This document shows positions 13,375-25,878 of a DNA stretch of 64,000 nt, piece by piece. Under the pieces are notes generated by a model. It saw nothing but the letters and a program-made list of their open reading frames with translations, did no database searches and was not told where the DNA came from. The stretch is from Amoebidium appalachense. Lineage: Eukaryota; Protista; Ichthyosporea. Position 1 is the stretch's first letter. Each line of letters begins with the position of its first letter. The DNA is taken from positions 8,159,093 to 8,223,092 of the forward strand of contig CAVNZM010000004.1 in the NCBI GenBank assembly GCA_963693365.1. Direction: 5' to 3'. The translations under genes and the position numbers were made by a program.

Positions 13375-16300
13375 TGTTGTAATACGTAGTATTTACATAT
13401 GGTAAGATCTTCTCAGTTTGTGTTATGTTTCAGTTCATATGCTTAGTGTAAATGCCACACTCCTATTATGTAAAGTGTAGCATCGATCTCCGATATGCTT
13501 GTATACTTGTAATCGTGTTGTATCGGCTTTAATCGTGTATTGTAATATCGATTAGAATATTTATATGTGTGTACACGGATCCACCCACTCAGGGAGAGAC
13601 GTGTACATGTTCGTGTGTACATAAATATCTCTGGTTATAGTTATGCTATTACTATCTTGTTTGTTGATCTGTGCTCTCTTTTCCTTCCTCTTTCTCCTTC
13701 CTTATTTTCTTTTCTTTCTCTCCTTGTCTTCATGTGTATAATCGTATTTCTTTTCTACTAATATATGTTAGGTAGATTTGTGTTACTTAATACGTGTTCA
13801 TTGGACGGTAACACACTTAGGCTACACTTAGAATAGCATGTGTGTTTAGACTTCATTAATTCACTTTAGTTTTCATGTGTTGCCGGGCTTTAACCAATCA
13901 TCAAGGTTAAGTGTGATATGTCTGAGTCTTTGCAGTATGTCATAGGTTAGAACTTCCTTGATGATGACACGAGTTGATCCTAACTAGTGTCTGTGTCCTA
14001 TCGTGTACGCCTCCGCGTACCGGATCTCTCTGAAAGCAATTGGTTCTTAGTGATTGGTTTCTATTAGAGATGGATCTGATTTCCGACTGGTCGGAAATCA
14101 TGTATGGATTGGACTTAGAGGAATTTCAGGTATTTATTCGAAGATCAGAATAAATTCAGTTCAGTCGTGTCTAAACATTGATGTCTGTTGTGTACACTGC
14201 TCCGATCGTTCCGTGTTTTGTTGTTGTGTGTGTCTGTGGTGTTTTCACACTGCACCACTGTGTCTCTGCTTACATCCCAAATACTAATAGAAATTAACAG
14301 GTTATGCAGCCCTTTTGTACGCTCCCTACACACATCTAGAACTCGCGCTCGTTTTTCAATCATGGATCCAAACAAAACTGGCGTAAACAAAATCACCATG
14401 TGGAAAGGTGAAGGGAAGACTGGTCCCGATAGCAAAACTACCTATTTTCAATGGGAAATCATTTTTCTCGGCATGATGACCGGCACTAAAGGTGTCCGAC
14501 TCGTGGATGTTGTCCTTGCTGACAACTACGTCCCCCCTACCACCGTCGCGGTTGACGGTGAACCCCCCTTCTATGGCTACGGCACTACCGCGGAACTCAA
14601 AGAGGCCCGCAATTGCCTCCTGCTCCATATGATACAGAACATCGACCCTTCCGTCCTCACCACCGTTGCCCAGTACCGTATTGGCATGGACCCTGAACGG
14701 GCCATGTGGAAATTCCGTCAACACTATCTCCAAGGCAAACCCGATCAGATCCGCATCCTTCACCGTCAGTGGGATGCCTGTGCCCTTCAGCCCGGTGAAT
14801 CATTCACCACCTACCTGAGCCGTCTGCAGACCATCGTGAACCAGCTCCAGTCTCTCCAAGATGAGTCCATTCACTTCACTCGTCTAGCTGAGAAGTTCTT
14901 CAATGAACTCACCACCAGAGACGACCTCACCCCTGAGTTCAATCGTCTTATCGAAGACTATCACTTCGGTGATAAGCTATTCCCCGACTTCGAGTCCCTC
15001 CATAACCACGTCAAGGGCATCGAGTTACGTCAAGACCTCAAGATGCAACTCCGGAACAACCGTGCCCACCGTGCCTCCAAGTCCAGCATGGCATTAAATG
15101 CCAGTGCTCCCCCCCCCGTGATCTTCCTCGCCGTGACTTACGCACCCGACTTGACCGTACCTCTGGCACGGACCTCCGAACTCGTCTCTCCCGTCAGCAC
15201 ACCCGATCCCGTTCCCCCCACCGGCCTGCCTTCCGGTCCACGTCTCGTTCCCCCAGTCGTTCCCGTTTCTCGGGTTCCCGTCGTTCTGATTCCCCGGCTC
15301 GTTCTAACACCCCGTCCGTGAAAGAATGCTCCTACTGCCACGAGCCTGATCACACGATCATCGATTGCCCTGAGCCGAAATGCCGTATGTCCAGACACAA
15401 CCGTTCCCGTCAAGGCAGTGAGAAATCTGTCTCCTTTGCTTTCTCGGCATACAATGCTAGCTCCGTCCCCGTGTCCTCCGACCCTGCCTGGGATTCCGGG
15501 TGCAACATGACTGTTTGCCCCACCCGTGAGTTCTTCCATGACCTCACTCCCCTTCCGACACCGACTCCCGTTGCTGCCTTCAATGGCACCCCCGTCTTGG
15601 CCACTCACACCGGCCATATCGTCATCAACACCACCACCGACCATGGCACTACCACCCTAACCATTGAAGCCTACTACACCCCGTCTGGCCAAGCCTTCCT
15701 CATTTCAACATCCCAAGCTGCTGCCGAATACATCAAGGGTGATTTGAACGATGCCTCCACTCCGTCATTCCTCTTCGACCGACTCACCGGCCGTCATCTC
15801 GTCAACCTCCGTCTACACAACGGTCTGTATTACTTCAAGGACTACACCATTCAACCACCCACTCGTCCTGTGGCTCTGGCTGCCACTACCAGTGTTAACC
15901 CATCCATCTGGCACCATCGTCTGGGGCACCGAGCTATGACCAGCATCAAGGACATGGTGAAACACGACCTTGTTATTGGTCTCCCCTCCTCTGTCCTCGA
16001 CTGTGATGTTCCTGATTGTCATGGCTGCATTATGGGTAAGACCACCAAGGCTCCGTTCAGGGGTGACCGTCCTCACTCCAACATCCCCGGTCATGAATGG
16101 CATTGGGATTTTTTTGAGCCTACCACAACATCGTACGGAGGTTCCAAGGTTGCTCTCGTCACTGTCTGCCGTGCCTCTGGCCTCGTCAAGATCTACCCGA
16201 TGGCCGACCGTACCACCACCCTGGATATTCTCACAGCTCACACCAACCTCGTTGCCACCCATGCCCCCTCCAAAGTTGGTGTTTACCACTTCGACTCCGG

Positions 16301-19300
16301 CTCTGAGTTCACCTCCAAGGATACCCGTGCTTTTTGCCTCTCCCAGGGCATCAAGGCCAGCTATGCTCCGGTGGACTGCCCTCAACTGAACGGCTATGTT
16401 GAACGACGTATGCGGTTCCTCCAAGAGATTGTCCGTTGCCTCCTCCATCAAGTCCAAGATCAGTCTCTGTCTCCCAAACTGTGGGCTGAGGCCCTCCAAC
16501 ATGCCGCCTACATCATCAACGTCACCCCGTCCACGACTGCCAATGGTCGTACACCATTCGAGGTTTTCTACGGTGTCAAGCCCGACATCTCCGAGCTCAA
16601 AGTGTTCGGTTGCCCTGCCTACACTCACGTGCCAGCCTCTAAACGGAACAAGCTGGCCCCCACCGTCAAACTCGGCATGTATATCGGCTATGATCTTCAA
16701 TCACACTGCCACCGGATCTTCAATGCCACCACCCATCGTGTCGGCCTCTTCCGTGATGTGATTTTCGACGAATCAGCTTATCTCCCGTCCGACATTCCAT
16801 CAACCCTTCCGACCCCCGACACCACTGCTACCTCGACCACCCCACCCCCCACAGTTGACACTGAAGATGATGTTTGTCTGGTGTACTCTGGCCCCCCTCC
16901 TGCCATCGTCGTTCCCCCGACACCCCCCCCCCACCGGCCCCCCTGCCCCCGTGCCCGTCCAGCCTGCCGACCCTCATCCTGGCCCTGGCAACGTCACACC
17001 CATCCGACCCGGCTCCCCCGACAACTTCCACTCGGCCCCGTCCAGCCCGGAGGTTGCCCCCCCTGCACTTCCGAACTTCCAAGTTCCCCCCCCACCGTCT
17101 CCACCTACCCCGGTTCCTGCACCCCGTCGTTCTGCCCGTCTCCAGGGCAAGGTTGGACTTCAAGCCACCACCACCCTGCCAGTCCCCCCCGGTCCCCCCA
17201 TCAACATCGACCAACTACCCAAACTTGTCCGTCAACTCTGTTCCGGACCCAATGGTGATCAGGTCAAGTCAGCCCTGACTGCTGAGTATCAAGCCTTCGT
17301 CGACAAAGACATCTTTGAACTTGTTGACCCTCCCCCTGGTGCTAACATCGTCGGCTTCAAGTGGATTGTCTCCGAGAAAACTCTCAACTCGGCTGGTGAC
17401 ACCAAGATCAAGGCACGTGGTGTTGCTCAAGGCTTCAGTCAGCAATACGGTGTTGACTATGAGTTGATTGAGAGCCCTGTCATCCGTCCGGCTGCTCTCC
17501 GTGCCATCCTAGCTCTGGCCGTTGTTGAAGGTCATGACATACATCAACTCGACGTGTCTACGGCCTTTCTCAACAGCCCACTCACCGAGACCATCTACAT
17601 GAAACAACCCCCGGGATTCATCACCATGGCCACACTTGGCAAGGTCTGGAGACTCAAGAAAGCCCTGTACGGCCTCAAGCAAGCCTCCAAGGCTTGGTAC
17701 GACTTCCTCGACGGCATTCTTCTTGCCCATGGCCTGACCCGTACTAAGACCGACCCGTGCATCTACCTCCGGTTCTTCCCCAACAACGATGTGGTACGGG
17801 CTGGTAACTACGTCGATGACTCCACCATCACCAACACCCGGGGTTCTACTGCTGCCAGTGACCTGGCTGCCCACATCAGCAAGATGGCCAGCTGTCGTAT
17901 GAGTCCATTTGACCGTATGCTCGGTGTTGATTTTAATCACTCTGATCCCCATCACCTCCACATGCACCAGAGGTCTTACATCATGGATATCATCCACGAC
18001 TTCAACCTCACCGATGCCAAGTCCAAGTCTACCCCCATCCCTGCAGGCACCACCGTCTCCCTGGCTGATTGCCCCCCCCAACCGTTCACCGTGCCCTACC
18101 GTGAGTTACTCGGCCGTCTCCTCTGGGTGGCACGGTGCACACGTCCCGACATGCCTATGATCGGCTTCCTTGGTCGGTTCAGCACCAACCCCGGCAAGAC
18201 TCACTGGGACCTTCTCCGTCGTGTGGCCCGGTACCTGCTCGGCACCATTGACCTTGGCATTGACTACAAGTCCTCGGCCACCCAGTCCCCCATACTCGAA
18301 TGCTACACGGATGCTGACTTTGCTGGTTGTGCCGACAGCAAGAAGTCTACCACCGGCTACATTATCGTGTTTGCTGGTATGCCCGTCATCTGGTACTCCA
18401 AGCTCCAGCCCATCACGGCCACCAGCACCACTGAAGCTGAGCTGATTGCTCTCAATGCTGGCACCCAAGAAGTTGCTTGGGTCCGTGACCTCTTCAAGGA
18501 ACTCGGCTGTCCCATGCTTGCTCCGACTCCGGTGTACTGTGACAACCAGTCGACCATTGCCATCGTCAACTCCACCGGCATCAAGCACCGTACCAAACAC
18601 ATTGCCGTCCGGTATCACAACACCAAGGACTACATTGCCAGTGGGGACGTGGTTGTCCACTACGTTGAGTCAGCCCACAACTTAGCTGACATACTCACCA
18701 AACCCCTCCCCGGCCCGAGTCATGTCCACCATCGTGCTCGACTTTGTTTACCGGATATTGTGGATTGACCCGACCTACTTCAAGAGTGATTTTCTCATGT
18801 GTACTACTTACTTTATCAACATCATTATATCATATGTATTGCCTTTGTGGGTATGCCCACTTAGGGTTTATATATAAGGTTTGACCTGTACCATCACTCT
18901 ACTCTATCTTTCACTGGTTTAAAACCCAGTTAATCAAACACCGCCTATACACGTTATATATATTCGTTGTTTTTGCCCCGGTTCCTTCCCCCCTCCCCCC
19001 CCCCCCCTTCCCCCCCCTTCCCCCCCCCCTTCCCCCCCCCCCCTCCCCCCCCCCCTTCTCCCCCCCCCCCCCCCCCCGGGAAAAGTACACACTTTAATTT
19101 TTTTTTTTCCGTTTCTGTTCTCAAGTGGGGAGATTTCACTAGTTCAGTGGGGATATGATAACACAAACTTCAAAGTCTTAAGTGGGGATGTTGTAATACG
19201 TAGTATTTACATATGGTAAGATCTTCTCAGTTTGTGTTATGTTTCAGTTCATATGCTTAGTGTAAATGCCACACTCCTATTATGTAAAGTGTAGCATCGA

Positions 19301-20113
19301 TCTCCGATATGCTTGTATACTTGTAATCGTGTTGTATCGGCTTTAATCGTGTATTGTAATATCGATTAGAATATTTATATGTGTGTACACGGATCCACCC
19401 ACTCAGGGAGAGACGTGTACATGTTCGTGTGTACATAAATATCTCTGGTTATAGTTATGCTATTACTATCTTGTTTGTTGATCTGTGCTCTCTTTTCCTT
19501 CCTCTTTCTCCTTCCTTATTTTCTTTTCTTTCTCTCCTTGTCTTCATGTGTATAATCGTATTTCTTTTCTACTAATATATGTTAGGTAGATTTGTGTTAC
19601 TTAATACGTGTTCATTGGACGGTAACACACTTAGGCTACACTTAGAATAGCATGTGTGTTTAGACTTCATTAATTCACTTTAGTTTTCATGTGTTGCCGG
19701 GCTTTAACCAATCATCAAGGTTAAGTGTGATATGTCTGAGTCTTTGCAGTATGTCATAGGTTAGAACTTCCTTGATGATGACACGAGTTGATCCTAACTA
19801 GTGTCTGTGTCCTATCGTGTACGCCTCCGCGTACCGGATCTCTCTGAAAGCAATTGGTTCTTAGTGATTGGTTTCTATTAGAGATGGATCTGATTTCCGA
19901 CTGGTCGGAAATCATGTATGGATTGGACTTAGAGGAATTTCAGGTATTTATTCGAAGATCAGAATAAATTCAGTTCAGTCGTGTCTAAACATTGATGTCT
20001 GTTGTGTACACTGCTCCGATCGTTCCGTGTTTTGTTGTTGTGTGTGTCTGTGGTGTTTTCACACTGCACCACTGTGTCTCTGCTTACATCCCAAATACTA
20101 ATAGAAATTAACA
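13375..20113 (+). mobile_element. Element F: full-length Ty1/copia LTR retrotransposon
   Basis: 925-bp LTRs 13375-14299 and 19189-20113 appear identical, TSD TGGTT, PBS GGTTATGCAGCCC, PPT AAGTGGGGA, complete gag-pol between them. Confidence 0.97.
14362..18768 (+). CDS. Copia gag-pol polyprotein (Gag, CCHC knuckle, protease, GAG-pre-integrase, integrase, RT, RNase H); two frame breaks near poly-C runs (~15110, ~16930)
   Basis: CSYCHEPDHTIIDC, WDSGC, WHHRLGH, FDSGSEF..PQLNGYVER, KARGVAQGF, QLDVSTAFL, LKKALYGLKQA, YVDD, YTDADFAG, RTKHIAVRYH, NLADILTK; IN precedes RT. Confidence 0.95.
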
Positions 20114-21151
20114 TGGTTAGTACCCAACCCAACCCCAAAACAAGGATAATATGAACCGCCACTGACGTTGCCCTGTAGATGCACCTCTGCCCCGTCCACA
20201 ACCTGCACCCAAAACCCCATGCCCCTGGCACAATGTTATATCGAGTGGAACATAGCAACAGACATGATAACAGACACCATCCATACAACCACACTCAGCA
20301 TGCCCCATCCACAAAGAATTCCTAGCAAAACCTAACATGCCACTGACGAACACCTCCAGACTCATGTGGCGTACACCTCCAGACTCTCTTGCTGGCCATT
20401 CCTCTACCCGACAAAGACTCCTACTACGTAGGTCCCGGTGGTTTGGGAATGCCTCCGCCCCAACCGTGCCCTACCCAGTGGTGTGTCTAAGGCCTACTGC
20501 TGCACTGGGCACCACAACACTACTCAACAACACTACGGGCAGCCACTCCAAAGGGCCTCAACACCAGGCCCAGGGCAGCCACTCCAAGGGGCCTCAGCAC
20601 CAGGCCCTTTGACGACGGGGGTTCACAACAGTGGGGGCCTGCCACTGCCATGACTACACTTCGACCCCCCCCAGCCCCCTCGTCAGAGGGCCGAGCTCCC
20701 AGACAGCAGCAGGACTTTCTATTCCACTGACCCTAACCACACACGTCGCCAACACAGGACTCATACACACGTCGAAAACGCCAGGCACCAGTAGAAAACT
20801 CAGCGAAGAAAAAAAAAAAAACACCACACAACTCCCATACAACAACAACAACCCAAGAGACACCCTACCCCCTAATAAAACCTTCATACCAGCAACACGG
20901 CCACCGACGTCCCTGCCCCCCCACGACGGGGCTGTTTACACCACGCGTTGCCCCCGCTCCTTGCAGTTGTCACAGGTGCCTGGGAAAGAGCCTGGCGCCG
21001 GCTCTTGCGGTCCCGCCCAAAGACGCCAGCCTGGCCCATCTGTTATCCCGTTGTGGCCGTGGCTGGTAGGGCTGGTAGCGCCGTGGGGAGGGTGATCGCC
21101 GCCGGTCCCCTCTGAGGCCTCTGCTGGGCAAACAGCCCTGAGCTTGCTAAG

Positions 21152-21631
21152 TGTAAACAGTTGGACTAGTTAGGATAAGGCAGAGTACAACTGAATCAAA
21201 ATAAAGACAGAGAACGGGTAGAAAGGCACACGCGGCCAGGTTGCTTTTACTATGGGCCGACTCAGTCTGTCTCAGACTTCACTGATGTGATCCCCGTACT
21301 GGGACGGCTTTCTTATATAGCCCCCAGGTTTCGGATCAAGGCCCAGGATTGGTTCATCCGCGGCCAGCGCGGGTGGCAACATGCCATTCGTGATTCTGGT
21401 GCGGTCCGAGCCAGTCAGACCTTTGTCCTATTTATGCAAACCTCTTATTGGTTCACTTCGTTTATGTGGTATGCAGCTGAAGAACCATATATGGTTCAAT
21501 TCTTAGGTCAGAGTGAGTCCTATTGGTGCGGACATAATATTTATGTGATATTCATGACAAAGCACGAATCGTGTGCTAGTAGATCACATTCTTTAGTAAA
21601 CATGTACAGTTCATGTGTACAGTTGTTTACA
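21152..21631 (-). mobile_element. Solo LTR of the D family (480 bp) inside element C
   Basis: Reverse complement of the D LTR with scattered substitutions; TSD CTAAG on both sides. Confidence 0.93.
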
Positions 21632-24605
21632 CTAAGTCACCTAGGGAGGTCAAGGTCCTTAGCGAGGACTAAGTCCCCTGTGATACTAGTCCTACTGCTC
21701 ATGTTGCCTATGCCAACTGTTGCTAGCTGTAGGTCTGTGTGTGCGTATGTTTCTTCTACCTCTAACCGTCGAAAAAGGCCTAAGACAAAACCACTCATAA
21801 CCGCTAGGCGTGAAAAAAAAAACTAGGGGTGAAAGCAACAGCCCAGAAGGACTAACAGTGCGTGTGCCCCCTCCCTGCAAAAAACGGCAGAGAAAGGGGG
21901 TGTAGCTTGTCGTACCTACAAACAGAGTGTATACAAACTACTCTAACTATCTGCACGCTTAAAGGGGCTCGAAACTGTGTATACGTATAAACTTTTCTTT
22001 GAGTTGGGTGGGAAGCGAGAAAAAACGAGTTCTTAGAAGAACTTCGAAAAGCCCGCGACCCCGCGAGACACTTCACAGACACGCGGCCCACTGGCCAGAC
22101 AAATACCACAGTGACATTCAGCCAATCACAACACTCCCTCTTCACAGACTACACGCACTCCACACCATTGGCTACCGCGGCCTCAGACACCCCTACAGCA
22201 CTACAACACGTACACACGTTTACTCACAAATTGAATACATATAAGCATACACACACGCGAGCAGGCAACATGGGTCTCGCCACGCACACAGCAAGAAGCA
22301 ATACAACATTTAACATGGAGAGTACGCAGAGGCATTGTGCATGCACGCGCGCACCTTTAACAATCAGCCGCCGCCGCATCAGGTTCTCCCCATACCACTG
22401 ATTAATCTCCTCATACCCCACTTAGACCCCGGCATCACTATGCAAGAAAACCCCCGAAATTCACTCACCAAAACACAAAATATAGAAGCAAACTAATACG
22501 AATCAGCTCAGCACATGACAGGGGGGAGGCAATAGGGGTAGAGGGGGGACTGTCCCCTACCACCTGAGGACGACCCACCTTAGACGAATCAGTAGCACTC
22601 CCACCAAGGCACCCCTAGTTTCGCCCTCCACGCCCACGGTCACCCCGACCACCATTACCACGCTGGCCACCCTTGCCGCCACGGCCCCGAGCTCCTTGCT
22701 GGTTAGGTGGCCCACCGCGCGGAACACGTGGCTGCGGCTTGGGGGGAGGCCCCTGCCCACTGAGGGGCCCCGTTGGAGTGGACTGCCCTTGAGGGGGAGG
22801 CGGGCGAATGGGTGAGGGCACAGGATAATAAGGCTGGTGTGGGGGATCCTGCAGAGGGGCAAACCTATTATGGGTGTGAGGAAAAGTTTTAGGGTTTTCG
22901 TATGGACCCGGGCGCGGGGGCCGAGTGTTCTGCCACGGGCCTGCACCCGGGTGGACTGGTTGGAATGAGTAGGAACCGTCGCTAGCAAAATTCTTGAGAA
23001 GACTAAGAATTTGCGACTCCAACTCAGTTTGAATAGCCCTCGGACGATCGTTTGCGCTTTGAGGCACTGACGTACCCACGCGGTGTATCATCCAACTAAT
23101 GTCCTCTTGTGGAATGAGGCCGTTTAAGACATGGCGCACGAGTGGTGCAAGACGGTCGATGTCGGTCTCGTAACCGGCCTGCAGGCACAAATGCTCCATT
23201 TGTTGCAAAAGCGATTTCACACGACTCCCGTCCAACGCGAGGTCCCAACGCCAACCGTTCTTGGCCTTTTGTATTCGTGTACGTGTTTGGAGCGTTGTAA
23301 TATGCCCGATACTGTGTGTAGTAGTTGGGCGAGAGAACTTCACACACAAACAACCACAGGAGTTCCGGTAGAGTGGGATGTTGGGGGAGTCCGTGAACTG
23401 CATCCAGAACGCGCATCAATTCGTTTGTGTATTCCTTCTCCACCACCCTGAGCAAAAACGCGCGAGTCTGATCATACTTGTAATTGCGTGCATTGCCCGA
23501 TTGATATGAAGACAGAAGGGCGAAGTAGGTAGGCCAAAGAAAAACATTGCTTGCCGTGATTGAATGTAACTTTCCACAAGCCTTGAAATCAAGCGCGCCG
23601 GCAGTCGGACGAGTTCATACGTAAAATCCCAACCGTCCGTCTCCCATTGCGTGTAGTTGAAAAGATGGGCATAATGTGTATCCGAGTCGGTATGCATTCT
23701 CTAAGATCGTACGTGGTGCGCCTCCTCGCGCACTTTCTTCTTAAAAATATCTAGAAACCATATCTGAAGTTCTTTAGTCACACTTCGAAAAGGGGTATAA
23801 GTTATCTAATTCAGAACTGTCTCCGTAATTGAATTAGCGGATCATGCGCCGAACGCACGCTCACGGACCCAGGTCGCATATGCATGAGCGGCGCGCGCAG
23901 CCATCCCTGGCTCCATGGGGTCCGTGTGCCGCTTGCATGCGCATGCATCGGTAAAGCACGCGACTCAGTAGCAAGGTTTTGAAAAGTTATCTAGCTGTAC
24001 TTATTTATTTTTTGTAAGGCGGGCCGTGCACAATCAACACAAGCTCTGAGGGTTTACGTCCGCATTTCTGCAATTTCCAAATTTTGGTCACTAGATTTAC
24101 CGATAAAGTCATATAAAACGGCGCTGCACGGGTCAATGCCGTCAGTTTTCACTAGACAGAAGTTGCACTATTGTGGAGAGCAGTGTGGTAGTACAAAACT
24201 CCTCTTCAAGGTCTGCAGTGGCCAACGCTGCTGTGTTGTGGCTTCTTCTAGCCGCAATCTTGGCCACGGCCATCTAGAGACTCCGTGATCATCATGGCGC
24301 AGACGCCGCCACTCTCCGCGTACCTGGAGTACGACGTGAATAATTACAAGACTGATGTGCCACGCACAGTGTCTACTTTCTTTACAAATTACACGTTTCC
24401 GTCTCTTTTATCACATGTCAACTCCCAACAAACCGTTTCCCTGTTCACAGTTCTAGGTTATGATAACGTTGAGTGCATGCACATGCTGTGGCGTTCCCTT
24501 GACGACCCTGCGCTTGTCGGCCCTCTAATGCACCTTGCGGGAATTGAAATGTATTGACATATACTAATCCGTCTCAGCAGATCAGCCTAAGTCTACGATC
24601 GAGAT

Positions 24606-24643
<38 letters not shown>

Positions 24644-25878
24644 GGCCCGGGTCCACAGATCATCAAGATCAAGTCCGGGGCCTCAAGATAGCTGTACAGC
24701 TGCGTGCATCTTGCCTCTGCCGGCGCAGGGCAGGGCCACGTCAGCTGAAGCAGCCGACCAATAGAATTCTAATTAGTGTGTAGGATAGATCGTAGGAGGA
24801 CTTAGGAATGTGATTGTTCGGGCAAAAGCCCTTTTGTAAGTATTGGCAAGGTTTGATAGTGTATGTTGCCAAACGTATTTATATATTTCGATGTAGAGGA
24901 AAGGGGGGGAGGGAGGGGGGGGGAGGATAGTATGAAATGTAGATTTAGACTCTGCGGTGCCACTAGGGGGAGGGTGAGGGGTGAGACATGGATAAATATA
25001 TTAGTTGAGTAGATCGACTTAGCTCGTGCAGGCGCACGATAAAGTAGATCGGAATGTTTGGAATGTGGCATCGTAGGGGGGCCAGGTGATGATGATCTTT
25101 GAGGGCACGGCCTTGATGGCCTCAGTTGTGACTTAGCCTCATTCCGTACGGATCTAAGTTTTGCCCGTCGGAGCCTGGTCTGAATAAACTTTACCGTTTT
25201 CAGTCACACGTTCGTTCCTTTCAGTGTGTGTACACTTAGAAGAGTGCCGCGTCTCTAGTACATACACAATAGGATACGACATGTATGAAGCCTTTGGAAG
25301 GGGGAAACTTGGACACATTGCAGCATTTGCACAAAATGAGGAACTTGATTTTCACGCACACACACTCCAGAAATGCTCTGCCTGTGCACTTGACACTGCT
25401 TAAGACATACACGAGTCATACACCAACACATATGGCGTCTCTCACCACTATGCACAAAAACCAGACATCACAATGGCTTTGCGTTAGGCCTTTACACTTG
25501 CACACCCACTCGGCACACACCTACAACACCAAATTGCCTTAATTGAATCTGGTCGTGCAAATCTTCTGCAAGCCATTAAAAAGCCAGACCTGCGGCGTGC
25601 CTTTTTGTTTGAGTTTTTAATGACAAGCGAATATGTGCCTAAAGTGTCTGCCTCCTATACGTACAGTTCGGTTGATGGTGAAGTAAAAGACGTTGACCAG
25701 GACTTTTCTGTTGGTTTATTTGATGCACTCTGCTCCATGACACAAACCAACTTAAGGATCTGGTCACCCTTTATGAACCGCCTAAAACCCCGAGTGGCAC
25801 TTAGTACTCCAGCCAAACCACACCAGAACACTGGATATCCTGCATGAAGAGACACACACAGGATACAACTTATACAAG

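Larger units (their letters stand above)
12588..22520 (-). mobile_element. Element C: non-autonomous LTR element containing two younger insertions
   Basis: 613-bp LTRs 12588-13200 and 21908-22520 appear identical (TGTCGT..ATGACA), flanked by G-run TSD, with a purine tract on the minus strand next to 13200. Own interior is ~1.5 kb with only a broken zinc-knuckle relic (CDNCKERG, ~20950-20975). Confidence 0.9.
2385..23697 (-). mobile_element. Element B: decayed Ty3/gypsy retrotransposon acting as host of the nest; own fragments at ~2385-2549, 5803-6227, 9773-10751, 11461-12587, 22521-23697
   Basis: Collinear minus-strand pieces rejoin across the insertions: gag (ends GGRGDRGRGGRN*), protease (AVYDPGSQVT...DVLLGNDW), RT (FRMVQDMRKLN, FAKFDMSRAFWQI, YIDD, RQFLGVTNY), RNase H (VVKTDACAI|SMGGCLYQ...AYFSK...YSTSEREALALV). 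PR-RT-RH order is gypsy. LTRs not located. Confidence 0.88.

Noticed and set aside
2462-22421. Duplicated short ORFs (e.g. 3101/5419, 6165/9227, 12679/21999, 13567/19381)
   Set aside because: They are chance ORFs inside LTR copies.
23862-23926. CACGGACCC/GGGTCCGTG inverted repeat upstream of B gag
   Set aside because: A single 9-bp stem in GC-rich sequence with no comparative support.
25127-25208. TGTGACT...AGTCACA 82-bp segment as the LTR of element B or a MITE
   Set aside because: No TSD, no PBS and no second copy in the window.
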